A stretch of 64,000 nt of DNA from Candidatus Latescibacterota bacterium (GCA_965219995.1 CBDCOX010000002.1:2720001-2784000); one strand, 5' to 3'; counted from the first letter of the stretch, positions 44,932 through 55,643 are shown. Made by a program: numbers and translations. The notes: generated from the letters alone by a model not told the origin.

Positions 44932-46947
44932 ATGAAACGGACGATACGACGTACGGCGCTTCTGAATATTCAGAGAGTGAGCTATTCCCGCGAGCACGTG
45001 GCGCGAGTCCGGAGCGAGGGATTCACGGATATCGGCGTCTCCCTGAAAACCGGGGAACGGAAATTCACGGGCCAGGGATTCGACTCGGAACAGGTGTGTC
45101 AATTTGGCGCGTGGGCCGATGAATTCGGCCTGGGGATGACCGTGTTCACCGGTTACATGAAGTACAGGGAGAGTTTTCTGCGGGACCATCCGGAGCGGGC
45201 CATGGTATGCGTCGGCGGTTCGGGTACCGCGATGGACAGCGATAACCTCGTACGCACCAAATGGTTGTGCCCGTTCCAGCCGGAGAACAAGGCGGAATAC
45301 CTCGATCTCCTGAGGAGCGTCATCGGACTGCCGGCGCTCCGGGAGATCCATCTGAACGACGAAGCCGCGATCGGGTTCGCAAACGGCGACATCGGCTGCT
45401 ATTGCGACCATTGCGTATCCGAGTACGAAAAGAAACACGGGTCGCCGCCGCCCGCCGACTTCGACTGGGAGTCGGAGGCGTGGTGGGCGTGGGTGCAGCG
45501 CAGGATGGCGCGTTGGACGGAGGTCCATGCCTGGTTCCGTGCTCAGATCAAAGCCGAGCGCCCGGACGTGATGGTCGGCATTCAGTATTCGCCGGTGGTC
45601 GTATCCTTCAACGACAATACCTGGCGGGCGGGGATCGATCTCTCGCGGGATGCGCTGGCCCAGGACGTACTCTGTACCGACCCCTACCACTACAACCATA
45701 CGTCGCACTTCACCTACCGGCCCGCGCGCCGGATCCTGACGGAGGCGACCCGGACGCTCGCCGGCGCCACCGTGAGGCGTTCGCTGAATATCTATCCGCA
45801 GGCGTTCAGACCGCCCCTGGGGGGGCCGGAACTGACCCGCCGAGACGGTTTCATGGCCGGCGCGGTTCCCTACGCGCTCGGCGCGGACAACATTACGCCG
45901 TATTCCAATGACCTGGCCCGCATCATCCCCGGATTTCTGGACGGATTCCACGAAGCCGGGAAGCTCGTCCCCTATTTCGAGAAGACAAGACCCTATGCGT
46001 ACGCCACCGTTGTCAACCCCACACAGACGGAAATCTACGGGAATCCGGAAACCGGCTGGGGCCGGAAGGCGCTGGCGGTCTGGCCCGACGTCATGAACCA
46101 CGTGGGACTGCCGTGGCGGTGGCACTTCGACGGCCGTCTCGCCGACGCGGGGAACGTACTGGAAGGCCCGGCGATTCTGCCGGATACCCACTGCATGACC
46201 GGCGAACAGAGGGCCGTACTGCAGGCGCACGCCGCATCGGGCAACGGTCTGCTCCGGGTGGGAAGGACCCCGAACCGGGACTGGCCGGGAGCAGGTCCCT
46301 GTCCACCGCCGGCAGGGAAAACCATCGACAGCGCGGAAATGCGGCCGGTCAGTCCGGACCATCCTTTCCTGGAGGGTGTTTCGCATCCCGTCATGCTGCA
46401 GTCCGCGTTTTCCGAGCCGGGCATCGAAGGGGAGACGGTGGGCGAAATCGACGGGAGGCCGGCGCTGGTCTTGAACGAGGAAGACGGCGGCCGCCAGGTC
46501 TGGCTGGCGGGAGTCCCGGAGTTCAGCTACGTGACGCCGGGTGACCACAACGGCGTCCGGACGCCCACGGACGGCATTCCGCTGCTTCGGAATATCCTGA
46601 AATGGCTGGCGCAGGACGAGCCGGTTGCCCGACTATGGCCCTATCCTCCGGAGAATGCCTACCGGGACCTGCGGCCGTGGGACCGCCGCGACGTGCCGAC
46701 CATGGAACTGTTCCCGATGATCGGCGACGGCTGCCTGGTCTGTCTCATCTTCAACTACGTGGGCCTGGCCTATCGCACGAATCTCGTGATGCGCGCACCG
46801 GACGGTGCTGAAGTCGTCTCGCTTGTCGACGTCTTTAGCGGGGACGACAGGCTTCCCGCTTCGGAGGTCCGCGGCAGCGAGGTCATTCTGCCCGTCAGGA
46901 TGTCGAATGACACCGATTTCCTGGTCATGGAAATGACGTGGAAATAG
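44932..46947 (+). CDS. GH42-like TIM-barrel protein (paralog 2)
   Basis: Same N-terminus MKRTIRRTA and long identical blocks with 18742-20757 (WLCPFQPENKAEY, GCYCDHCV, LRPWDRRDVPTMELFP). Confidence 0.65.
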   Translation: MKRTIRRTALLNIQRVSYSREHVARVRSEGFTDIGVSLKTGERKFTGQGFDSEQVCQFGAWADEFGLGMTVFTGYMKYRESFLRDHPERAMVCVGGSGTAMDSDNLVRTKWLCPFQPENKAEYLDLLRSVIGLPALREIHLNDEAAIGFANGDIGCYCDHCVSEYEKKHGSPPPADFDWESEAWWAWVQRRMARWTEVHAWFRAQIKAERPDVMVGIQYSPVVVSFNDNTWRAGIDLSRDALAQDVLCTDPYHYNHTSHFTYRPARRILTEATRTLAGATVRRSLNIYPQAFRPPLGGPELTRRDGFMAGAVPYALGADNITPYSNDLARIIPGFLDGFHEAGKLVPYFEKTRPYAYATVVNPTQTEIYGNPETGWGRKALAVWPDVMNHVGLPWRWHFDGRLADAGNVLEGPAILPDTHCMTGEQRAVLQAHAASGNGLLRVGRTPNRDWPGAGPCPPPAGKTIDSAEMRPVSPDHPFLEGVSHPVMLQSAFSEPGIEGETVGEIDGRPALVLNEEDGGRQVWLAGVPEFSYVTPGDHNGVRTPTDGIPLLRNILKWLAQDEPVARLWPYPPENAYRDLRPWDRRDVPTMELFPMIGDGCLVCLIFNYVGLAYRTNLVMRAPDGAEVVSLVDVFSGDDRLPASEVRGSEVILPVRMSNDTDFLVMEMTWK

Positions 46948-47164
46948 TAATCGGGACTCGCGCTGCACGGCACCAATATGTATCTTGCGGCAGATTATCG
47001 GTGTTGTTTTATAATAGGATGTTTTTCAATAACTTATATTGGCATATGCCGGCAACTTCCACAGTTTTGAAGTCGGGCTGGTCAGAATTGTGTCGTGCGG
47101 TCTGCGGTGAAAGGGTTCGGCGCCATGGTTCGGAATTGGAAACAGGCTTCCCGCTGTTTTGGGT

Positions 47165-47195
47165 TTTATCCTGTCTATCCTGTCCATCCATGTAA
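47165..47195 (+). repeat. 9-bp-period ATCCTGTNN repeat, copy 3
   Basis: tttatcctgtctatcctgtccatccatgtaa. Confidence 0.85.
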
Positions 47196-47225
47196 GTTTC
47201 GTTTTTATACCAGGAACCCTGGTTC

Positions 47226-48329
47226 ATGATCGAGGTCGTAGACGGCGGCATCCTTTCGTGGCGGCGCGGGCTGGGGGCGTACATGCCCACCATCACGCCG
47301 CTCTCGGACGGCAGTATGATCGCCTGCCAGCACGTGGGCGCCGAACTGGGTTCCGCGGACAATCACATCGAGGTCCTTCGCTCGACCGACGGCGGTGCAA
47401 ACTGGGCGAACGAGGGCAGCATCCACGGCGGAGGGCCGCCGGAAGACGGATGGAGCTACAGGGCGCCCCACGTCAGCGAAATCCCCGGAAACCGGCTGGT
47501 GATGACCGCGACCCGTTTCGAAATGCGGTCCCACAAGCTGTTCGACCCGAACTCGGAGGTGCTGCAGCGCCCGGAGATGCTGCTGTTCCGGTCGGACGAC
47601 GCCGGACGGACCTGGTCGACGCCGCAGGTGGTTCCGGTGGACCTGCCTCCCGAAAGGTACACCTGCAACGGCGCCGGTGTGCTCCTCCAGATCGCCCCGG
47701 ACCGGTGGATGTACCCGCTGGAAACGTGGAAGCCGGAAGGCTGCGAGGGGCCCCCGGATCAAAAGGCCGCGGCCGTCTTCTCCCCCAACCAGGGACGAAC
47801 CTGGGGTGAGTTTACCGTGGTGGCGGACGATCCTTCGGGGGCCGTACTCTGGTGGGACCAGATGAACACGGTACTGCCGGACGGCAGAATCTACACGATG
47901 CTCTGGACCCACCGGTACGGGACCTCCGAAGACCTGCCCAACCACTGGACCGTCTCCAACGACGGCGGGCGCACGTGGTCGGCGCCGCGGTCCACCAACC
48001 TGCGCGGGCAGGTCTGCTCCCCCATCGCGCTGGCCGACGGGCGCGTGGCGGCCATTTACAACTTCCGGCACGATCCGCAGGGTATCCGCGTGGCCCTCAG
48101 CGAGGACCTGGAGACATTCGACGTGGACGGCCAGGCCGTCGTGTTCGACGCGGGAGCCGAGGCGACCCTGGGTGAGCCGGAGACCGACAATTTCCTGGCC
48201 GAACATATGCAGATCGCGTTCGGCAAGCCCGGCGGGCTCTGCCTCGCCGGCGGGGATCTGATGACGTATTTCTGGTGTACGGTCGGTGGCGTCACGCACA
48301 CGCGCTGGGCGCGACTCAGGGTCGATTAG
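47226..48329 (+). CDS. BNR/Asp-box repeat sialidase-like protein
   Basis: STDGGANW, SDDAGRTW, SPNQGRTW and SNDGGRTW Asp-boxes; no signal peptide. Confidence 0.8.
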   Translation: MIEVVDGGILSWRRGLGAYMPTITPLSDGSMIACQHVGAELGSADNHIEVLRSTDGGANWANEGSIHGGGPPEDGWSYRAPHVSEIPGNRLVMTATRFEMRSHKLFDPNSEVLQRPEMLLFRSDDAGRTWSTPQVVPVDLPPERYTCNGAGVLLQIAPDRWMYPLETWKPEGCEGPPDQKAAAVFSPNQGRTWGEFTVVADDPSGAVLWWDQMNTVLPDGRIYTMLWTHRYGTSEDLPNHWTVSNDGGRTWSAPRSTNLRGQVCSPIALADGRVAAIYNFRHDPQGIRVALSEDLETFDVDGQAVVFDAGAEATLGEPETDNFLAEHMQIAFGKPGGLCLAGGDLMTYFWCTVGGVTHTRWARLRVD

Positions 48330-48372
48330 TGTTTTGTGCGCCAGCCGAAACCGGTTTTGGGAGAATGGAAAT

Positions 48373-49452
48373 ATGAGTAGCCTCGATCAGGCTGAAGCGC
48401 GTGTGGCCGCGGATGTGCTGGAAACATTCGTGCGCGACCTGTTTCTGGCTGCCGGCGTACCTGGAGACGATGCGGAAACCATCGCCCGCGCAACACTTTG
48501 CCAGGAAATCCGCGGCAACACGACGCACGGGCTTCGGCTCACCCATTTCAATCTGCGAGGGCTGGCTGACGGGACGATTCGGGCGAATCCCGAACAGCCC
48601 GTCCTGAGCGATCGTGGGATGACCGCGGTCATCGAAGGCGACCACGGCGTGGGCATCATCGGCTGCATGAAGGGGATGCGGTTGGCGATCGATAAAGCCC
48701 GGGAAGGCGGCATCGGCATCGCCCTGGTCGTTCGCAACAACCACTTCCTCGCCGCCGTACCGTACTGCCTGGAAGCAGCCAACGCAGGCATGATCGGCAT
48801 CGCGTTTTCGAACACCAAGGGATCCATGGGATATCCAGGCGCCCGCGGTTCTGTCATCGGCAACACGCCGATGGGGTTCGGCATCCCCGCCGGCGGCGGA
48901 TTTCCGATCCTGTTCGACGCGTGCATGACCGCCTCCGGGGGCAGGATGAGGCAATGGATCCGGGAAGGCAGACGGATTCCGCCGGATATTCAGGGCTTCG
49001 ACAGGGACGGCAGGCCGACCGACGATCCGCAGGCCGTAATTGGCGGCGGCACGACGCTGCCCATCGGCGTCCACAAAGGCGCGGGGCTGGCCATTCTGGT
49101 GGAGGCGCTGACGGGCGTGCTGGGCGGCGCGGCTTTCCTGAGCGATATCACGCCCCCGGACCAGGCGGACCGAACCGACAAGACCCACGCGGTCAGCCAC
49201 TGCTGCATCGCCATCGACATCGGGGCGTTCATGCCCGTTGAGGCTTTCGAAGCCCGGATGGCGGACTTCATCGCCGACCTGAAGGGCAGTCCCCTGGACG
49301 GCGCGTCAGACGAGATCCGGCTGCCCGGCGAGAGGATGGAGCGGACCCGGCGGGAATGCGAAATTCACGGCATCCCGCTGGAACCGGACGTGCGAGAGGA
49401 ATTGGAGATATGGGCCGAACGGTTGGGTGTGCCCTTTCCCGACACCGTTTAG
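48373..49452 (+). CDS. Ldh_2 (AllD/ComC/DlgD-like) family dehydrogenase
   Basis: RGNTTHG, RNNHF, GNTP..F..P, HKGAGLAI.VE and RLPGE motifs. Confidence 0.9.
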   Translation: MSSLDQAEARVAADVLETFVRDLFLAAGVPGDDAETIARATLCQEIRGNTTHGLRLTHFNLRGLADGTIRANPEQPVLSDRGMTAVIEGDHGVGIIGCMKGMRLAIDKAREGGIGIALVVRNNHFLAAVPYCLEAANAGMIGIAFSNTKGSMGYPGARGSVIGNTPMGFGIPAGGGFPILFDACMTASGGRMRQWIREGRRIPPDIQGFDRDGRPTDDPQAVIGGGTTLPIGVHKGAGLAILVEALTGVLGGAAFLSDITPPDQADRTDKTHAVSHCCIAIDIGAFMPVEAFEARMADFIADLKGSPLDGASDEIRLPGERMERTRRECEIHGIPLEPDVREELEIWAERLGVPFPDTV

Positions 49453-49479
49453 CTACCCGCCTGATCGATGCGAGGGAAA

Positions 49480-49977
49480 ATGGACGACAGACATCGGATT
49501 CGCGCCGCAACCGAAGGCGACCTTGACCGGATTGGAGAAATCATCCGCCAGGCGTGGGAACCGATCTTCGGCCTGCACGAAGAGAACTGGGGCGAGGAAC
49601 TGTTCGGCGTCCTCTATGCGAACTGGCCGGAAAATATCAAGGCCAGCGTGGGACGCCACCTTGCGGAACACCCGGACTGGGCGTTCGTCGTGGAGGCGCG
49701 CGACAGCGGCAAGGTGGTGGCGTTCATCACCTATCTGCTGGAACCGAAGAAAGGCATCGGAATCGTCGGTCTGAACGCCGTGGCAGCCCGGTTGCAGGGG
49801 CAGGGAATCGGGACAAAGATGTACAACTTCGTCATGGACCGGTTCCGGGAAGCCGGGCTCAAATACGCACAGGTCCGGACCGGGCTGAACGACGCGCAGA
49901 CCGGCGCTCGCAGGGCCTACGAGAAAGCCGGGTTCAACATCGAACGCAAAGAGGTCATCTATTACGCGTACCTGTAA
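49480..49977 (+). CDS. GNAT family N-acetyltransferase
   Basis: NAV...QGQGIGT, ARRAYEKAGF. Confidence 0.9.
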   Translation: MDDRHRIRAATEGDLDRIGEIIRQAWEPIFGLHEENWGEELFGVLYANWPENIKASVGRHLAEHPDWAFVVEARDSGKVVAFITYLLEPKKGIGIVGLNAVAARLQGQGIGTKMYNFVMDRFREAGLKYAQVRTGLNDAQTGARRAYEKAGFNIERKEVIYYAYL

Positions 49978-49989
49978 AAGGGGGCGGGT

Positions 49990-51057
49990 TTGGAAAAATA
50001 CACCTTTCGCGGAGGCCCCGTCGAAGCGGGACGGGCGCAGGGCGCGCTCGATCCCGAATACGCCAGGCGTGAGTTGGAGAAGAGGTTAAGGCAGCCCCAG
50101 AACTTTGATGATAGCTACTTCCGTGAGAACATGGCCTTCATGCGGCGGGAATTCCCGGAACTGGTGACGCAGATGGAAGCGTACGGCGACGCGGCAGGGA
50201 TCGAAAACTTCGATCATACGTATCTGCTGCACGTTTACTTTACCGCTCCCGACCTGGACGGATGTTCGGCGCTCGGTACCATGCTGATGGACGACGGTCC
50301 GGCGATGTTGAGGACCTACGATACGAGTTCGGCCGGCAGGGTCGAGGATTTCGTGAAGGACAAGATCCTGATGCGCCTTCCGGACAGCAGGCCGCGCGGG
50401 CTGGTGGGCGGCGGGGAACGGTTCGGCACGACCGTCGGTACGGCGATCAACGACGCCGGGCTGCTGATCGGCAGCGCGTCGGGCCACCGGAAGTTCAACC
50501 CGGGCGTCGACCCGGAACACGTCAATCTCTACTTCACCGCTCACCTGCTCGCCCAGTATTGTTCCGACTGCGACGACGTGCGGCACTTCCTCCGTCAGTA
50601 CAGGATCTCGGGCATCAAGGGACTCACGGGCGTGGCTGTGGATGCGGACGGCGATATGGTCGGATTCGAACTGGAGTCCGAGAACATCGCCCTTCGGGAA
50701 CCGGAAAACGGGACGGTCATCGAGACCAACCACTGGCAGGACCCCGAACTTCAGAAACCGTCCCGCGAGGCGGATCCGGACTGGTGGGCGGGCACCTCGT
50801 ACTACAACTCCCAGAACCGGATCCAGTACATGGCCTGTCACAGGGATGCGTTCAAGAATATGCGTACCGTGAGTGAACTGGTGGATTTTTCGTTCGACGT
50901 GCACGAACCGGGGAGGATTCTTCAGAGCCCGGAAACCAATATCGGGAACTGGTACACGACCCACGGGATCTTCATGACGTCGCGCGACCGGAAATTGCGG
51001 GTCCACCGGTACCCGCTGGAAAAGGGCAAATTCACGGAAATGGCGTATGGAGAGTGA
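49990..51057 (+). CDS. Peptidase C45 / acyl-CoA:6-APA acyltransferase-like Ntn hydrolase (paralog 1)
   Basis: G-CS autoprocessing site near residue 95, INDAGL and TNHW motifs. Confidence 0.75.
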   Translation: MEKYTFRGGPVEAGRAQGALDPEYARRELEKRLRQPQNFDDSYFRENMAFMRREFPELVTQMEAYGDAAGIENFDHTYLLHVYFTAPDLDGCSALGTMLMDDGPAMLRTYDTSSAGRVEDFVKDKILMRLPDSRPRGLVGGGERFGTTVGTAINDAGLLIGSASGHRKFNPGVDPEHVNLYFTAHLLAQYCSDCDDVRHFLRQYRISGIKGLTGVAVDADGDMVGFELESENIALREPENGTVIETNHWQDPELQKPSREADPDWWAGTSYYNSQNRIQYMACHRDAFKNMRTVSELVDFSFDVHEPGRILQSPETNIGNWYTTHGIFMTSRDRKLRVHRYPLEKGKFTEMAYGE

Positions 51058-51170
51058 GATGGACGGGTTCGGTATCGATGTGGAATCTCGCACGCCAACT
51101 CAACCAGACGACGAGATTCGCTGACGAACTTGCAGCCGGAATGACGACCACCCGGGAGGAGCATCCGGAA

Positions 51171-52682
51171 ATGGCGGAGAACGACGCAGGAATGAACACC
51201 GACGCGGGCAGCGCGGACAGTTTCCTCCTGATGGACGGGATCGAGTCCGTACATCACGTGACGCAGGCGGTCTGCGAGGCGGAAAAGCATCCGCTCAATC
51301 CGGTGCTTCCGGTGGGTGACTCGCACGAGTGGGATTCCACGCATTGCGCGCCGTGGTCGTCGCCCACGGTGATCTACGACGATGAGGACAAGCTGTTCAA
51401 GGCCTGGTACGCGGGATCGGACATCGCGCCCTCCAGGTGGTGGGCGATGGGGTACGCGGTGAGCGAGGACGGGGTCAACTGGCACAAACCCGAACTGGGC
51501 CTGTACGAGTACAACGGGAGCAGGAAAAACAACATCGTCCTGGACGGACGCGGTCCGATCATCAAGGACGAGTCCGAGCCGGACCCGAACAAGCGCTTCA
51601 AGGGGATCAAGCGCAGCTTCGGCGGACAGAAGGTCTATGCCGGCAAGGGCGCCCGCGCCAACTACTCGCCCGACGGGATCCACTGGACCGAGGGCCCGAA
51701 TATCGACCTGCCCGAGTGGTTTCGCGGCCCGCCCGATATCGGCGTGCTGGTTCGCGACGACCAGGACCCCGATCCCTCACGCCGGTACAAGACCGTCTTC
51801 CAGGAGATGGTGCCGTTCGAAAAGCCGGATATCAAGCGCCACGCCGCGCGGTACCGCGGCCTCGGGCGCGCCAAGATACTGGCGTACGGCCCGGATATCG
51901 AGCACTTCCGAAGAGCCGGAGAAAACCCCCTGCTCTCCCCGGCCGACGGCCTCGAGCACGAAGACCACCACATTATGATGTCGCCGTACGGCGGCGCGTG
52001 GATCATCTGCTACGAGTACGGCTGGTACGTGCCGAGCCGTTACGGCTTCTACGGGATGTACTCGGCAGACATTCGCCTGGCGGTCAGCGGCGACGGGCTC
52101 AATTTCCATCGCGTGAATCCCCACCAGAAAGTCATCGCCCGCGGCTCCCACGGGGAGTGGGACGGGGGGCTGCTCATCATTACAGACAAGCCGGTCGTCA
52201 AGGACGGGACCATCCATCTGTTCTATGGCGGATCGGGCGAAGAATTCACGAGTTGGCCGCCGGAAAACGAGATCCCCGAGTTCATCCATGAGATGGGAGC
52301 CGGAAGCGCGCGAATGGCGCGGATGGGCCTGGCCACGCTCCGCGAGGATGGCTTCACCTGCCTGGAGACTCCGGACCGCGAGACGCCAGGACACGCGACC
52401 ACTTCGCCTCTGGAACTGACAGACCGATCGACTTCGCTTACCGTCAACGTCGGAGACGTTCGAATGAACCGCAACTGGGTCGAAGTCGAGGTCCTCGACG
52501 CGGATTCCGACGAGCCCATTCCCGGGTATGGATGCGAGGAATGCGACGACATCTGCGTCGACGGACTCCGGCGCCGCGTCACGTGGGGCGACAACCGTCT
52601 TGCCGGTATCGACCGCAGCCGCTTCAAGCTGAGATTCCATCTGTATGGCGCGGCCCGGCTTTACGGATACAGATTCGACTGA
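51171..52682 (+). CDS. Beta-propeller glycosidase-like protein with C-terminal beta-sandwich
   Basis: KHPLNPVL, YAVSEDGVNWHKPELG, SPDGIHW and GLATLREDGF motifs; RBS ggagg before ATG 51171. Confidence 0.7.
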   Translation: MAENDAGMNTDAGSADSFLLMDGIESVHHVTQAVCEAEKHPLNPVLPVGDSHEWDSTHCAPWSSPTVIYDDEDKLFKAWYAGSDIAPSRWWAMGYAVSEDGVNWHKPELGLYEYNGSRKNNIVLDGRGPIIKDESEPDPNKRFKGIKRSFGGQKVYAGKGARANYSPDGIHWTEGPNIDLPEWFRGPPDIGVLVRDDQDPDPSRRYKTVFQEMVPFEKPDIKRHAARYRGLGRAKILAYGPDIEHFRRAGENPLLSPADGLEHEDHHIMMSPYGGAWIICYEYGWYVPSRYGFYGMYSADIRLAVSGDGLNFHRVNPHQKVIARGSHGEWDGGLLIITDKPVVKDGTIHLFYGGSGEEFTSWPPENEIPEFIHEMGAGSARMARMGLATLREDGFTCLETPDRETPGHATTSPLELTDRSTSLTVNVGDVRMNRNWVEVEVLDADSDEPIPGYGCEECDDICVDGLRRRVTWGDNRLAGIDRSRFKLRFHLYGAARLYGYRFD

Positions 52683-52717
52683 GGATCAACGCGATCCACG
52701 CCGATTGGAGAACTCCC

Positions 52718-54547
52718 GTGGATGACGAACAGACGCGCGACGTGATTGTGGCCAGAGACGTAATGGTCCCCATGCGGGACGGCGTGCGTCTGGCCACAGA
52801 TTTGTACTTTCCGGGAACGGTCGCCCGTCAGCGCGGCGAGACCTTCCCCGCCGTCCTCAGCAGGACGCCGTACAACAGGACCGGCGGCGCAGACGCGGCG
52901 AGTTTCTTCGCGCGCCGCGGCTATATGGCCGCGGTCCAGGACTGCCGTGGGCGCTACGGTTCCGAGGGCGTGTTCTTTCCGTTCGTGGACGACCCCGAGG
53001 ACGGGTACGACACCATCGAGTGGATCGCCGATCATCCGTCGTGCGACGGGAAGGTGGGCATGTACGGGTGTTCCTACGATGCCTGGGTGCAGTTCCACGC
53101 GGCCACGCAGAATCCCCCGTCCCTGGCCACGATGATCCCCTTTGAAGGCCCCATCAACGCGTATCATTACAGCATGCGCGAAGGCGGCGCCCTGCACCTG
53201 GGGCTTCTGAACTGGGCAGTCCGGATGTCGACCACCAGCCAGGAGGCACGGGCGAACCCGGCGATCGCGGAGGCCATCAGGCCCATGTCCGGGGACGGGC
53301 CGCAATTCCTGGAGTGGGCGTCACGTATCCCCTGGCGGCGCGGTCAGACCCCGCTGGCGGTGGTCCCGCAATACGAAGATGCGGTTTTCCGGCTGTATTT
53401 CGAGAACAACGACTATACCGAGTTCTGGCGGCAGCCCGGGCTTGCCATGGACGAGTATTTCGACGCGTTCCCGGACATGCCCATGCTCTGGATGGTGGGC
53501 TGGTTCGACTGGTATCCGAGGACGATTATCGACGGCTTTCGGAAGATGGTGAGTATCGGACGCCAGAACCAGCACCTGCTGGTGGGTCCATGGACGCATG
53601 GCAACTGCGAACCGTCGTGCGGCGACGTGCACTTCGGACCGGAAGGAAATCTCCACTTCCACGAGGACTTCCTTCAGCTCTACCTGCAGTGGTTCAACCG
53701 GTGGCTCAAGGGGGATGCGACGGCGGACGTGGGCAGCGCGGTGCGGATGTTCCGGATGGGCGGCGGGGACGGCAGCCGGGACCGGGACGGCCTGCTGCAA
53801 CACGGCGGGAAGTGGTTCTGCGTGGACGGCTGGCCGCCGGAGGGCTCACGCGCAACAGCGTATTATATCCACGAGAACGGCATCCTGTCGCCCGAAGCGC
53901 CTGCCGGGGAAGACGCGTCGACGACCTACACCTATGACCCCCGCAATACCGTGTCCAGCAACGGCCGCTGTATCGTCCCCTACGGTCCGATGAAGCAAGG
54001 GTGGTTCAAGGGGATGGGTCCGCGCGATCAGATCGAGATCGAGACGCTTCCCGGCCATGGGATTCCGGGGATGCCCATCGCCTCGCGGCCGGATGTTCTG
54101 GTTTTTCAGACCGGGCCATTGAGCGCGGACCTCTCGATCGCCGGGAACATCAGGGGGGTTCTCTGGATATCCTCCGACGCACCCGATACGGACTTCTTTT
54201 TAAAGCTGCTCGACGTGTATCCCTCGAGCCTCGATTATCCGAACGGATACGCGCTTCCCGTTTCCGAGGGCATCCTGCGCGCGCGGTACAGAGACAGCTT
54301 CGAACTGCCGCGCTCGATGGAACCCGACACCGTCTATCGCATCGAAATCGACATGCAGCCGTCCGCGAACCTCTTCAGGGCCGGTCATCGGATCCGCCTG
54401 GATATCTGCAGCAGCAACTTTCCCAATTACGACATCAACAGGAACACGGGCGATCCCGACGACAGGAACTGGCGCATCGCGCGGAATACCGTCTATCACG
54501 AGGCCGCGCGCGCGTCGTACGTTGAACTGCCCATCTGGACGGTGTGA
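52718..54547 (+). CDS. CocE/NonD family hydrolase (peptidase S15)
   Basis: VPMRDGVRLATDLY, RTPY, QDCRGRYGSEG, GCSY nucleophile, GWFD, GPWTH and SSNFP motifs. Confidence 0.92.
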   Translation: MDDEQTRDVIVARDVMVPMRDGVRLATDLYFPGTVARQRGETFPAVLSRTPYNRTGGADAASFFARRGYMAAVQDCRGRYGSEGVFFPFVDDPEDGYDTIEWIADHPSCDGKVGMYGCSYDAWVQFHAATQNPPSLATMIPFEGPINAYHYSMREGGALHLGLLNWAVRMSTTSQEARANPAIAEAIRPMSGDGPQFLEWASRIPWRRGQTPLAVVPQYEDAVFRLYFENNDYTEFWRQPGLAMDEYFDAFPDMPMLWMVGWFDWYPRTIIDGFRKMVSIGRQNQHLLVGPWTHGNCEPSCGDVHFGPEGNLHFHEDFLQLYLQWFNRWLKGDATADVGSAVRMFRMGGGDGSRDRDGLLQHGGKWFCVDGWPPEGSRATAYYIHENGILSPEAPAGEDASTTYTYDPRNTVSSNGRCIVPYGPMKQGWFKGMGPRDQIEIETLPGHGIPGMPIASRPDVLVFQTGPLSADLSIAGNIRGVLWISSDAPDTDFFLKLLDVYPSSLDYPNGYALPVSEGILRARYRDSFELPRSMEPDTVYRIEIDMQPSANLFRAGHRIRLDICSSNFPNYDINRNTGDPDDRNWRIARNTVYHEAARASYVELPIWTV

Positions 54548-54578
54548 GGGGGTCGCCTGCCGGCCAAAGGAGGTTTGA

Positions 54579-55643
54579 TTGGGATCAGGGAATGCACTGT
54601 CGAATACCGAGCTTCGCGAGATTGCAGGCAGGAAGTTGCGGTGCCTGGATATTCTGGACGAACCGATCGACGTGTCCGGATTCGCCTGGCTGGACCGGGA
54701 GCGCAGGTTCTGCAGGCTTCCTGTCGACGCCCTGCCGGACATGAGCGAGGCGGTCCGGATGCTGGCGTGGTGCACCTCGGGCGGCAAGGCCCGGTTCAGG
54801 ACGAATTCCAGTACGATCGCTATACGCGTCGAACTGGCCGAAGTCGTCGACATGCCGCACATGCCGCGTTCCGGAAATTCCGGTGTCGACGTCTATTCGG
54901 GAGCCGGAAGAGAGAAGAGGTTCATCAACGCGGCCAGGCCGCCCCTGAACGAACGGGAATACGAAACGCTTCTGGTCGACGGGCCGGGCAGTGGCATGCG
55001 CGAGTGGACGCTGAATCTGCCGATTTACAACGGCGTCAGACGGCTTGTCGTCGGACTGGATCCGGGTGCTGAAATCGGCCCGCCCACGCCGTTTTCGCTT
55101 GAGAAGCCGCTCTTGTTTTACGGATCTTCGATCACGCACGGCGGGTGCGCGTCCCGTCCGGGGAACACCTACCCCCACATCCTGGCGCGCTGGCTCGACG
55201 CGAACCTGGTCAACCTGGGTTTCAGCGGCAGCGCGAGGGGGGAGCCGGCCGTGGCCCGTCTGATCGGGACCGTGGACATGAGCGTGTTTGTAATGGATTA
55301 CGACCACAATGCGCCGACGGCGGAACACCTGGAACAGACCCACGAGCCGTTCTTCAGAATCGTCAGGAATTCCCGCCCGGACCTGCCCATTGTGATCGTC
55401 TCGAGTCCGTCCATCAATGCCAATCCTTCACGCTGGAAGGGGCGGAGGGAAATCATCCGCGGGACGTACGAAAATGCCCTGAAACGGGGTGACGAAAAGG
55501 TCTGGTTCGTCGACGGGGAGACACTGTTCGGCTCGACCGACCGGGATGCCTGTACGGTCGACGGGGTCCACCCGAACGACCTGGGCTTCTTGCGCATGGC
55601 CAAGGCGATCCGTCCGTCTGTGGAGGCGGCCTGCCTTGCGTAG
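54579..55643 (+). CDS. SGNH/GDSL hydrolase with GxDLY-type N-terminal domain
   Basis: SGVDVY, FYGSSITHGGCASRPG, NLGFSG and DGVHP motifs. Confidence 0.9.
   Translation: MGSGNALSNTELREIAGRKLRCLDILDEPIDVSGFAWLDRERRFCRLPVDALPDMSEAVRMLAWCTSGGKARFRTNSSTIAIRVELAEVVDMPHMPRSGNSGVDVYSGAGREKRFINAARPPLNEREYETLLVDGPGSGMREWTLNLPIYNGVRRLVVGLDPGAEIGPPTPFSLEKPLLFYGSSITHGGCASRPGNTYPHILARWLDANLVNLGFSGSARGEPAVARLIGTVDMSVFVMDYDHNAPTAEHLEQTHEPFFRIVRNSRPDLPIVIVSSPSINANPSRWKGRREIIRGTYENALKRGDEKVWFVDGETLFGSTDRDACTVDGVHPNDLGFLRMAKAIRPSVEAACLA

Noticed and set aside
18742-46947. Paralog pairs as template/variable repeats of a diversity-generating retroelement
   Set aside because: Divergence spans whole genes and all bases, and there is no reverse transcriptase in the window.
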